Positions 24,237 to 36,634 of a DNA stretch of 64,000 bases are shown one piece after another. Under the pieces are notes generated by a model, which did not search any database, had not been told where the DNA came from, and worked only from the letters and a program-made list of their open reading frames with translations. Numbering within the stretch: position 1 is the stretch's first letter; each line of letters opens with the position of its first letter. The translations under genes were made by a program, and so were the position numbers. Origin of the DNA: Phoronis australis (lineage: Eukaryota > Animalia > Phoronida); the NCBI GenBank assembly GCA_002633005.1, contig NMRA01000113.1:812556-876555 (forward strand). The letters run 5' to 3'.

Positions 24237-26241
24237 CTGTTAAATGGAAAAGTGTGCCTATGCTTTAAGTGAGTTGAACAACAACTGTAAGGAAAGACCA
24301 CCCACAAAAAACATAACATGGAAATTGTGACTGAGATAGTATTAATTTTTACTTAAATCCTGCTTTTAATATTCAAGTGGGACACTAGTCATGCATTAGG
24401 ATGCGGAAGAATGAGGATTGGTTGAAATCACCATAAAAGGTTCTTACTCATGAATTTGTATTGCTCATGTCAAATTCAAATGCATAGTCCAGGCCTCCAA
24501 ACGATGAATAAAGTGATATGAAAATTGGGAGATTTACCCTTGTGGTGAGTAATATGTGCCTGAATAAGTGCTATGAACATTTTACGTCAACACAGCTAAA
24601 ACGTAACAGTTGAAAATGACACAAAATAGAATGTTTATTGCATTTTGTTCTGACATAATACATGTGGGTATGAGCATAAGTTGACCCCATTTCATTATCA
24701 ATGTTGAATATATTATCAATTGTGAGGAATATTTATAAATTAGATGGGTATTGCTTATTCAGTATGTGGCATCATCTTGCGACCTTTTGTCTTGTGTAAC
24801 ATGTGTAGGCGAACATCTCACCTTGTCATGGTTCCTGATGACACAGGATGCAATTAGTTTCTATTCGCCTTACGTCATATACGTGGGTTGATATTGTTAT
24901 CATCTCTGTCAAGGCCTTTGTTTACACTATCTCCTAAACCCCTTTTCAAGGTCTCCATCAAATTTGGCTGACCATATCGAAGAGAACACAATTGACATTG
25001 GTTTTTGGACAGATCTAACTATTGTGGCTCGGCTTAGTGGAATTTTTTTGCCTCTGTCTCAATATTTATGGCGATATGATGCCGATTCCATGAATTTAAC
25101 GTTGGTAAATAGCAGTCACATCAAAAAATCGTTGGGTAATAACTAGTGTCAACCGGGTTTCACCTTAAAAAAATTAAGCTATGCATCATTGCGCCAGAGG
25201 AATTGGGGAGAGGGGGATTCCCCCTCATCCAAAAAATCCTCTATCAGAAGGGTAAAGGGATCTTGACCCTTACGAAGCCCTGAAATGTCAGACCTAACTT
25301 CTGTCATTTTTGGGATTTAGGAGGCAGTATTGTATCAGCAATTTCTTTGTAAGCAGCTTCAAGTTTTTGCATTATTTTGTAGTTTGCATCCATAATCATT
25401 TCAAGTTTGCGTTATCAAGAAAACCTGACAGTATGCCTTTCTTCTGAATGCGCTTCTACTGTGCTCCGACACAATCAGTTGCAGGTGCTTTAAACGTTCA
25501 CGTCACCATCCATCTTTAGCTTCATGCAAGCGTTCAAGGACTGTCAAGGTCAGTTTGGAACAAGAGAACAGCAAGGGAGGAAACACGAGACATCATTCAA
25601 GCTGCTATCAATATTTTTGTGTCAAAAAATTCAAGTTACTATCTGTAGAGTTTTTCAAGACGGGTGCCAGCTCATGGTAAGGGTTTAAAAACTGTGCATT
25701 CTGTTTTACAGTCAAGCACCACCTACACAGTCCATTTTTATAAGAAAACATCAGGTGCCTTTTCTAAATCAGTATAAAATTTCTCTACGACCGTGTGACA
25801 TTAGTGTTCCATTTGAATGACGACAACTATTATTATTTCTTTGCGTTCCCTCAATTCAAAAAACTGAGCCCAGATCTTTGTAGTGTTTCATTTTCTATCC
25901 GCGCAAAACAACAACACCTGCAACACCATTTAATTTAACGCCTTTATTACAGTGGTCAAGTTAATTGAAACATGCACAGATTGCGTTTGTAATGACTGTT
26001 CCTTTGCATCAGTACTGTACATCGCATGATCTCTCAATATAGTAGCCTCCTTGTGTTGCAGGAGTACCTATTCGCATGTAAATATACATCCTGCTCTTTA
26101 ATAAACAATTCTAATTTTCAACAAATATACTACACATAAGTGGAGTTGATTGATTATTTTTGAGGCTAGATTAACTGACATTTTGTAGCTTGCAAGTTGT
26201 CAAGTTGAACTGCCACATAACTACCGCTGCCAGTGGCTACA

Positions 26242-27209
26242 AGGCCGTTTCATACTAACTTAATTCTGGTACGAGCAGAGTGTCAACGTAAAGTGCCAAG
26301 TTAATTGAATCGTTCATGCCAGCTTCGGTGTCATCGACGTAATCGCAAGGTAGTGCTGATGAATCCCGTACAGTCTATTTTATTTTAATATGAGAATTTG
26401 AGAACATTTACATGTGCTACATTGACATAAAGATTTATTTCTAATTCGATTGGTGATAATTTGAGCAAAATATAAGCGATTATTAGTGACGACCAGGCCT
26501 TTATCCAGGATTTCGAAAATAGGGTGTCCAAAATGGGGTTCCCAATATTCCAGGGCGTCCATAATTCCGACGCGTAACCCCCACCCCCAGCAATTCCCCC
26601 AAACACAGATTTTTTTACAAAAAAATGCATAGCCCAAGGTTTTTACATCTAAGTTTACAAAACAGCCTTCTGTAGTGAGCATTTTTATTAAAAAAAATGG
26701 TGTAGACCAAGACTTTTACAATGCTATCAACCAAGTGGTGTGAGCATAGCAACATTATACATACTTTGTATATACATTGTATATTTCTTCCTGCTTTGAA
26801 AAAAGAGTCCCCACTGTGAGCCTTCAGAGGCTTCCTAGTAATCATTACAATGTGTTTGTCCAAACTTGAAAGGTTCCTATTGACAGTGGGCCTCTAAATG
26901 ATACATTGGGAGTCCTTGCCAGGGCGTCCATATTAGTGCTAGGGCGTCCATTTGGACATACAGGACTTACGCTGCATAAAGGCCTTGTGACGACACTGCC
27001 CTTTAATTGTTGACAATAAGCATACCCTGGCGATAACTTCAATGAGACAGAAGTTGACTGTTCAAAGCGCACCAGCATCCACGCTCTGTTAAACCCACCA
27101 ATTTACTGCAAAGTTAATTTGGGCTGTTAACTTCAATCCATTACCAAAGTTAACTTCCATATGGTACTAACCACAATTCCATAAAACATCAACACCTATG
27201 AAAGGGCCT
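26242..27209. mobile_element. PIF/Harbinger-like MITE interrupted by a hAT-like MITE
   Basis: TIR AGGCC(G/C)TTTCATA. Colinear with the uninterrupted copy at 42568-43178. The TSD is eroded, so the superfamily is inferred from the termini. Confidence 0.75.
26494..26986. mobile_element. hAT-like MITE nested in Harbinger-like MITE
   Basis: TIR CAGGCCTTTATCCAG/CTGCATAAAGGCCTT with 8-bp TSD GTGACGAC at 26486-26493 and 26987-26994. Confidence 0.88.
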
Positions 27210-29870
27210 TTAAAGATAGTAAAGTCTGGTCAGTGGCAAACCGAATGCAAAATAGTCCTTGTGCGGGTTAATAACACTAACGCGAGATTCTGTGAGACTT
27301 AACTGTGACGCCACCAGAACTAGGGCAAAAGCTTGTCGATAGGCCATTTGCCTGATACAATAGCAGAGTGTATTCTGTTTAGTTTACTTTGAGTTTTTAA
27401 TCTTTTAGAGTGAAAAATGCAAAACAACCATTGCTGTTATGGGAAATGTAATTCAGATTCGTGCTACAATGCTTCTCATTGCGTTCTGAACTAATTTCGT
27501 CCCGTCAGGAAGAGATGACCAGGAAGGGACAACTGTTTTAGCGCATTTCAACATGTTTTCAAAAGTGATTTCAAAAGTAGATGTTAAAGTCGTCTGGAAT
27601 CCAAGCATTGTGTTTGAAAGCTTAACTCTTTAGCTATAAAATGACACCACTTTGGTTCCCAAAGACTGCATATTAAAGGCACTGGGATGCTTTGAACGTG
27701 ACATGCTTTACCCTTCCAAAAGATGCCTCTTCCCAGGCATGTACTCGGGCATGATCCTCTTTTTTGAACCAACAGATGTCACTAATATATGCAAATGAGG
27801 CTCGCATCTCCTACGTCATACGACGCCAACTTCCAATTTGAACCCTCAGGTGCCTATGATAGTGAATGACTTGAAACGAAGTTCAACCTGATTGGACAGA
27901 TCTAAGAAAATTAAGAACTCACACAAGTCAATGTTCAAAGAACATTGAATGGTTTCACATGAAAATACATTTAATTGTATTTGGATACGCTTGCATGTGT
28001 GTAAGCGTGGACTTTGTCATTTTGCTTAAATCCAGATTTAGAAGCAGGTGTTAGTCAAGAAATTAGCTGCTCACGCCATGGTGGCTGGTGTCGTGGCGTC
28101 CAAGTCGCCAGGAAATCTGATCCATGCACTATTTGACGAACTAATGCTAGTCGCTGGTCAGCTCCGCTATGATTCATTTGAGATGTGCGGCTTAACTCGA
28201 ACCAATAGGCCTACCCGTGTTCTGGCTCCAAGGTCGTATTGTTTGACCCCGTTTCGGGAAAAGTTCATTTTAATACGGTCATTTCCTGAAGATTTTTTGA
28301 AAGATATGATCACGAAATCCTTGGCCTATAGAGCTCAGTGTTCTCCACATTGTAAATTCCAAACTCGACGCAAATATTTAGTAGCAGTTGTTGACATTGT
28401 GTCATTTCTAATCATAACCATGAGCGTGCTGGAGGTATTTATATATGGTTAAAACTGCACACTGCACTGGTGTGACCTACTTTTTAGACACTTCAAAGTT
28501 TAGCTTTCCTACCAATATATCTCATAATTCCTCCAAAGCATTTGACAGACCCAGAGCATCAAACAAAAGATTAAAAGTTCTTTTAATAATATCAATTTCG
28601 ATTTTAATATCAATTAGACATATTAAGTACTACTAACACGAGTTCTGATGTGACCTAGTTTTTAGTGACACCTGTTGTCAAGTTGAATAAGCTCATAAAA
28701 GCTCTAACTTGCCACTAGATGTCAGTCAAAATCAAAATTGTCTTTATTAAGCCAATTAAATTGTTTCTTTACAGATTGACTTGCAAAATTTTAAAGTTAG
28801 AATGACAAAGTAAATTAGACATTGATTAAGCAAGCCAGATGACTCCATGAAATTTTTGTTGTTTAAAGATTTTTGCAGATTTTATTAATGATAATTTAAA
28901 CTCTTGTAGTGTCATACAAAGTTATACATATAGTGTTGAATGCCTCTAACATTTTGTAATGGGCTTGATGTTGGTTAATCAGGCCCTGCTTTAGTGTCAA
29001 GGGCTGAAATGCCAAGCCAGGCCAAAAGTTCAAACCTGATGCAGCACTTTTGGAACTCAACGCGCATTGCGCATCGACACAGCAAAATTCAAACTCAGGT
29101 CATGGAGAACACTGGAGCTGTATCAAAATTCCTTTTTGAAACACACATGAGCAATGACACACTGGTCCAACTTCTGCCGGGCGGCTGGGGAAAATGCCAT
29201 GGAACGCGTGTCCCAAAAATGCACACACTTCAACCCCTGCAGTTCAAGTTCTTTTCCGGTCAATCACTGTGCGCGGATTCTACGCGGGCAGCCTACTGCA
29301 TGACTACACCTTATTTTTAATGTGGGTGCGTCACTGAGTCACGACGTGTCCAGCCTTTGCAGTATGCACGGGAATGTCAAACAAACGATTCGGTTTAGAA
29401 GAACCTAAATTCATTGCACAATATTACTGGGAACTACACGCATCAAGGAAATGCAAAGTCAATCTTTCCAAATTTATGAGCAATGACTTGAACTTTTTTC
29501 AATCCAGTCTACGGTTTGTAAATTTTTGAGTTTTTAATTCAACACATTCATGAATATCACTGTTATCGTTTAGTGTCCTTCTTTGCGATATGGTGGTCTG
29601 ATGATGGATCGAATTTTTGCAAGTCAGCCATCAGCCTTCAACTAATTTCAGTGACGCATCACCATTTCTTACAAGACAGCTTCTGTGCTGTGCACGAATG
29701 TTTTGTGTTTTTGATGAATTTGGAATCTCAACTTCCCCTTGTGAGTAGTTGGCAGTGTCATGTCGGAGGTGTATAGAGGGCATAGCACTGAAAAAAGTTG
29801 GGGCTATAGCCCCCTCAGCCCCCTTGTAGTGCGCCGCCTATGGACCACTGAAAAACTTGGACTGAATTAA

Positions 29871-30623
29871 AGGAGAATGCCACCCGATTTAATTAGTCTT
29901 TTTTGCCTTATTAATCGGTCTATATCCACATCGCCTCGCACACGGTCGACCTTACCTTGCCAAGAGGTGTCGCGTTAACCTGTGAGGAAGGTGAGAAACG
30001 ACGCTAACGACGTCAGTGGTTCATCTGCAGAGTGAATGCCGCTATGGTGCGGTGCATTGTTCCTGCTTGTGCGAACTATGCAGCTGCGAGGAAAGCGGGT
30101 ATATCGTTTTTTCGACTTCCTCGAGAGTCAGAAATGTTTAGGAAGTTGATCGCAGTAGTGAAGAATGAAAAGTACGCTGTAAATAGCAAGTATGAGGCCG
30201 TGGAACATCTCCTTGTCTGTGGCCTGCAGTCGTCGACAGCCACGTGAGTGCCTGACGAATGCCAGCTTGCCAAATAACTATCCCTACGTTCCGTTGTCTG
30301 AGCTTGTTCACGGCGCCTCTTTAGTATTTCTTCATCACTGTATTCTTGTTCGAACTGATAGCCTGTGAAACCTAACGATCCACCTGCGAAGACTTCGTCG
30401 GGACTGATGAGCTCTCGTCTAAGTCGCGGGGATTGCGAGTTGCCATGCTGACGTTTATTACTGAGCGTTCTGTTTCAAAATGAATTATTCTCGCCCTAAC
30501 CAATACTTATATAAAACTGAAACAAAGTCTGTCTCATTAGATCAATTTGTAATGCCTTTGGAGTGTTCCTGAGTGCAAATGATTTGAGAAGCCAGCAATG
30601 AATAAATCACTGCGTTACCAGCT
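29871..30623. mobile_element. Internally deleted Kolobok-like element with THAP (+) and KolX-like (-) remnants
   Basis: Starts TTAA|AGG. THAP remnant from ATG 30044 (MVRCIVPACAN..SFFRLP..VCG). A convergent minus-strand remnant reads GYQFEQEYSDEEI...SWHSSG at ~30250-30446. The right boundary is uncertain. Confidence 0.7.
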
Positions 30624-30808
30624 TTAGGTGCAATAAAACTAATTGACGGTACACCGAGGCCGTGTGAGTTCATGCTAATTTAGTGTTTGATGGCAGAAAC
30701 TGTTGTGAAACAACTCGATTTCCATCCCACGGCCAGGTGTTAGGGGAATCTTTATTTATATTTACATTATTCAAATAATGATTGTCAATGTACAACTTCT
30801 GCCCTGAC

Positions 30809-31052
30809 CATGCGCACACCCATGGGGGCTCGAGGGCTCGAACGAGGGCAAAGTGGCGAAGTGGGCAAAAAGGTCCATCTCTGGGAAACAAAAAGTCTTA
30901 GAAAATGAGACTAAAGTCCTCTTAATAAGCACAATCGCGCAATTCACAGTGGTGGCCCCCGTTTTTTTTAGCTCACCCGCTTTTTTGTTACCAAAAGGTC
31001 CACAACGTCAGAAATTCAAGCCCCCCCATATTGAAGGCTGGGTGCGTGCATG
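30809..31052. mobile_element. MITE with 5-bp TSD
   Basis: TIR CATGCGCACACCCA/TGGGTGCGTGCATG with CTGAC on both flanks (30804-30808 and 31053-31057). Confidence 0.8.
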
Positions 31053-34000
31053 CTGACGGTGCTGTGGACCAAGCGGAGAATTCGCGGACCCAATGATTTG
31101 CAGTTTCGTGGCTAATTCACAAACATAATCATGTGCAGATTACTTTGGCTCACTAGTATATTATTTTCCTGACTAGAAGTTCAGTTTCCAACTTTGGCTG
31201 GTTTATGTTCGTGATGTATGATCAGTTTCCGAGCCACTGGTCGGGATAACGAGGCAATCCGGCCGGCCGTGACGGGTCTGATCGGGCTCTGAGCCACTGG
31301 TGAAGATAACGAGAGTTTTGTGTGTTTAGAACTCAAAAAATCACAATTCTAAACAACAGAGACTAGGTTCTCCTGTCTGTATCTCACGGAAAAATACTTC
31401 GAATTTATCTCCGAACAGACCCCTAACTCCTGCTACGGACCATATTGGCCTGCCGAGCCGTTGCAGGCTACGGCCGTGTCCAAATACCAATAAAAAAGTA
31501 ACAGCGAAATAAAACAACACGTTTTTATAAGAACTCGGTGTATTTTTAAGGGTTTTACATCAAAGTTTGATGATTTATTGGTGTAAAACGATGAATTCAA
31601 GCGATAAGCTGACACCAGTAACCCGTGTTGTGAACTGATGAACAGACTGCGTGTGAAACCAATTACGTCATTGGATAATTTCAACACCTCAGTCTGCCGT
31701 CAGGTGACAGGTAACGCAACCATACGTGCCGTTATGGAGTAGAACTACTCGATCTAAGTTGATACAAATTAGGTTGCTTTTTGGATGGCATGCTCCTTTA
31801 ATACGCTCCGCAAAATTTTTGCTGTACAAATTTTCTCGGGTTTTCGAAATACATGCATTAATGATCAAGTGCACATTTTCAAGAGCACTTAGACGACCTA
31901 TGCTGCAAAAACGGAGACCCTAACAACAATTGTCCTGGTCCGGGCCCTCAAATGTAAACCATACACTGATACCAAGTTGTAAAATTTATCTTGAGTTTTC
32001 TCTCTGATCAGTATTCGAAGTCTTTTTTTGTCTTTCCCCAGCTGCACACCTTTGTCGGTTGCTATGGTTTAACCCTGAGGCATGCATATTTTTTTGGGGT
32101 GGCACTCGCCCTCCCCCCACTTACTAAGGTCCTGATGCAAGGAGTCCATCTTAGGTCCAAGGTCAATGTTGTGTTTCAACATGCACTTGTTGTATAGCTT
32201 GAGCATTAAATTAAAGGTTTAAGAAATACAGGAGCAGCTTTGCGCATTTAATTGTGCGTGTAAAAGGGTTTATGGATTCGTACTGAATTTGTTGCTGCAA
32301 CTTGTCTAATGGGCCTGTACCCGGCACGTGACCACAAATGTGGACACTAATTCGTGTATTGCGCAAGTCGACTGTAGCAAGGTGGCCAGTGAAAATGTAA
32401 GGCAGCACCAGGCCAGTGGGCGTGTGTGACAACTCGAATTTCTAGTCTCTTATTATGAAAACCATTGAAGGCAATTATCAGCACCTGCAAACAAGAATTT
32501 TGAAGTATGGAGAATTTCAGCAGGAGTTAGCTGTAGACTTAGTTGCGAAGCTTAGTGCCGACATTCCAGCCATGGTTACTGCCGGTCCTTCGAAGCAATT
32601 ATAGCACATATATACAAATTTTTAAGAATGGCAAGGGTGCGTTTTGTGTTGACGGAAATGTCCATGGCGTCGAGGAATCTGAGGCATTTAATGACGAACA
32701 ACTGTTGTGGCTTAATTTAGAAAAAAAACTTAGCAAAACTAACTTCCAGGTATGCATACTGTGGCGGAATTAAGAAATACGATTATGGCAGTGCTAATTG
32801 TAGCAGAGCCACAAAGTGTGCTAAAATGGTAGAAAATTAGGCATAACATTTCTGTAGCAGATAAAAGGTTGATTGGCGCAGGAGAAGGCCGATGTATTCA
32901 CTGCTCAGAAAAATTTCGGCAGGCAAGAGACTTGCCAAGAAAATGGCACAGTTGAGTCCAGTTATTCGGTGCAACTTCTCTCACCCGACGGCGTTGTTTC
33001 ATGGTACCGCAACCTCAAACAACGTCAAAGAAACGAAACGCGGAGGGTGAGATATTACAGAGTATTAATATTTATTCTTGGATACAGGTGTCCACCTCAA
33101 AATGAATTTTCCACGGTCATTTTTTATGCCGATAGCAATGTTTTCGTCAACTGAAGAAGAACAGGAATCGTAGACATCCCCTGCGCTCCGTCTACGGTTC
33201 TGACACTTCAAACTTTTGTCAACACGACAGGTAGCCGCAGAAAGTTCGATGTTGACCTCATTCTAATCTTCTCTGCAATCCACAGTCTGGGGACGAAAAC
33301 AATTCAATCCGCTCCTCGAAATAGGGCTTGCTTAGCTCGAATTCAGAACTGCGGTCATGAGAGTGTTTTCACCTCCTGATTGCGAAGCGATCGAGTTAGC
33401 TGTAGTATCTTCATCAGCGCGTGCTCTCAGCGGGAGGTCACCGCTTTATCCACTCAAGCGCTTGACAACAACTAAACTGACGAGAGTCTCAGAACTCCCA
33501 CATGCAAATTTGATATGCAAATGAAGGAGTACCTGACTACTGCGCCATCTATACATCGACGGAAAAGCTTAAATACCCGTGACTGCGTGTGGGAAGTTGC
33601 GATTGCGTGCGCTGAAGTCGATATTTTCAAAGTACAATTACACCACTTTTTAAGGTTGCAAAGTGAGTTTTTTTGATATCCTTCTACAGAAAAAGCTTTA
33701 ATCTCTCTGATAAAATCATCTGTTTCCTTTTAAATGAAACTTAAGTCCTGAAATTAGTCCGGGGAAGGAGGCCAAAAACGGCGGTTTAGCTAGTTGTCCC
33801 TTCCTGGTTATCTCTTCCTGGTCCCGTGTATTTTAAACAGGTGGTAGGCGAAATCCACTCACCGATTAAGAGTTTTCACCTCGCCAAAAATACATTCTGC
33901 ACTTAAAACTATCACTTAAAAAGCGCTTACTTTCTTCAGTGATCCTTTCTGCTTCTACACATATCTTCAATAAAGCATAGCTATGAGAATTAAGGTGACT

Positions 34001-35579
34001 TTGTCGAAGAATTCCACTCCACTTTTTTGGTTACCGTTGACTTTTTCACCGCGTGCGCGCGATAACGACAAAGTATTTCAAATGAGTCACGTGAGTTAGG
34101 CAAAGGCTAGGGCGAGACTGAGTGAAGTGTGTGACCTGGCGTGTGACAGCTGCAAAACAGCACGGGAAGATATCAAGTGATATTTGTAAGACTTGTGTCC
34201 CTTGGGCCTTTTTGTTCATCAACATGCGTGATTTCACGTAACTTCCTCAAAGTGGCACCCAGTGAGAGAAACTCGAACGAACCGTGACAGATTTTCATGG
34301 ATATGTTCAAGTTATTTGTTGACTAAATTGTATCAAGAGTTGTGGTATGTGTTAATTGTAACTCCATGTGCATATATCCATGTTTCATTTGATTTTATTC
34401 GCTATATTTTGAAGTGAGTAACTTTTTATGGGGATGTTCCAATGCCCCTGTATGCCTGTTGCATTCAGGGTGATTTAATTGCCTAGTCCGGGTTGAGTTC
34501 CAATTTCAGTCCGTTCACAGCTTCGCACAACATAACAAGTTCACCCTTTTCTCCGGCCTTTCAGTTATTCCACGATCCATCAACCACCTCTAAGTCGTGG
34601 TAACGTTTTAAGCGTAAAAATTCTCTATAAAAAGTTCGTAAAATTTAACGCACGTAGCAAAGACTCGGGTGAAAAACAAGGACAATATGGCGGGTTTTGC
34701 CCTACTTCCGGTGACATCACATTGAATAACTGGAAACTCCCAAGTCAGCTATAGAATCATAGGCAGTGAAGGTGATGTAATGACAATGACGGTATTACAT
34801 AAGCTCTAACTATAATGATCCTCATTTCCAGACATGGTGGTAAGCATGCGTCAGACTTCAGGTTCATCACACATCCACCTTAAATTTGCATCTTAGACCG
34901 AGCCACATCCTCTGGTCATTGCTTGATGAAAAACAGCAGGATTTGCTTGCCTTTTGATATACCTTTGCTCTCAATAATAATAAGACAGGCTACGCAAACC
35001 CTAGAGAAATGTCCAATTTTTGCAAACTTTGGAACATCGAATTTACGTAATGACCGATTGAATTGATATGAAAATTTCAGATACAACGATTCATACACTC
35101 TTCTCCAAAAAACTTGGAATTATTTTTTAAAATGTTCCACTTTTGCATGAGCGGTTATCAAAAACAGGATTTGATTATTTTCATAAAACAAAATGAAATG
35201 ATAATTTAGTAAACTATAACACCTTTTTGAGATTTTTTCGTGAACACGTGCCATACAAAATTTGATCCTGTTGTTGTGCTAGTTGCATAGAAAGCAAGGT
35301 TACGTAACTTAATTAGTGGCAGATTGGTATAAAGTCAAAAACCAAATCCTACAAAATTTCTACTTTCAGAAAATATGTATTTTTGCAAAGTTTAATTCTC
35401 TAGCTTGGTAAACATTTGCCTAAAGGTTCGACCTTGTAGATAACATCTTACATAAGCTTAACAATAAGTGTTAGACACCATGGTCTATCTTGCATGCTAA
35501 TTAAAACTCTGCGCTAATTAAAACTCTCGTGATGTGAAGATGTTAGGCCAGTGTGATGTTGTGCTATGATAACACAAAC

Positions 35580-36164
35580 ATTTTTTATGGTATCAGTCAG
35601 AAATTAGTGCCAATATTTAATTCTTGACGATGCTATGCTACCTGTTGTGAATAGATAGGTCCCGAAGATTAATGTCTGCAATGACAAGATGAAGCGCGCG
35701 CTTCCTGGCCAGGTGCTTTTAACACCAATTTTTTATTAGTCTTCAATTTGCGGCTTTTACATTTACAAAGAAATTCGGAATCCTATTGCGGGAGAAGATG
35801 TGGAATCTGTACGGGATAGATTCAATCCCGTTGACATGTACGCTGTGTCTGTTCTGAATGGCCAGACCACTGTTGGCAACGTTCCTCGCAAAATCAGCAA
35901 AACTTGTGTTCTTTTTAGACCACAGCGGAAATTTGAAGTGTAAAGTCACGGCTAAATACCGACATATAGCGGTGAGGCTGGTGGTCTAGAAATTCCGCGC
36001 ACAATGATTTTTTCACATTACTGACATTACTGTTGAATTTTAGCATTGTAGGTAAGCCATTTTTCGCATGGACACGTTCATGGGCTGGACACTAATTTCA
36101 GCAAAGTCTGAAAACGTGTGGAGGGCGCTTATAGGGGCATGGACAGTTATTAGTGCGAATACAA
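35580..36164. mobile_element. Family B transposon fragment (inverted) carrying a HIRAN-like pseudogene
   Basis: Reverse complement of the left ~600 bp of 43479-44924, with one terminal TIR remnant. Confidence 0.85.
35740..36015 (+). pseudogene. Decayed HIRAN-domain coding sequence
   Basis: SSICGFYIYKEIRNPIAGEDVESVRDRFNPVDMYAVSVLNGQTTVGNVPRKISKTCVLF / LDHSGNLKCKVTAKYRH / SGEAGGLEIPRTMIF with two frameshifts. It matches the HIRAN pattern R-E-x-x-N-x-x-D-x-x-A-V-x-V ... G-x-V-P-R. Confidence 0.75.
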
Positions 36165-36634
36165 TATTCTAAGCAGTATGTTTGTTATTTTGTCATTATT
36201 CTGTACATAATAAATTTTAATTCTAACATACTATAAGGAAAATCCTACAAAGACAAATGCACCATTCGTAGGATAGGTTTGTATCAGAGCTGTGCATTTA
36301 CTATGAAGAAACGCTTGGATAGTATACGTGGATAGTGAGCTCATAAATGTTGTAATGACCAGCTGCCAAGAAACATCAACTTTCAATTAAAACCAAGAGG
36401 CAATCATAAAGTTTAGAACCACTATGTCCCCATGTTGGAGGTCCCGCATTCCTTGCTAAGTTACCTGGCATCTTTCCAACGAATCACAAGACAGCTGAGA
36501 TTTGATGTGGCTAGTCTTTGCAAGGAACAAGTCTGAGACAATGTCAAGGCCAAATGACTAATTGATTTATAAGTGCGAATGATGTAGTGGAAATTTCACA
36601 AGCAAAAAATCTTATGTCATGTTGGTTACGTATT

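Larger units (their letters stand above)
27506..33820. mobile_element. 6.3-kb TIR DNA element with 7-bp TSD, no recognisable transposase, containing nested inserts
   Basis: 29-bp TIR CAGGAAGAGAT(G/A)ACCAGGAAGGGACAACT with TSD GTCCCGT at 27499-27505 and 33821-33827. An empty-site paralog lies at ~59760-59868 on the minus strand. Confidence 0.88.
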
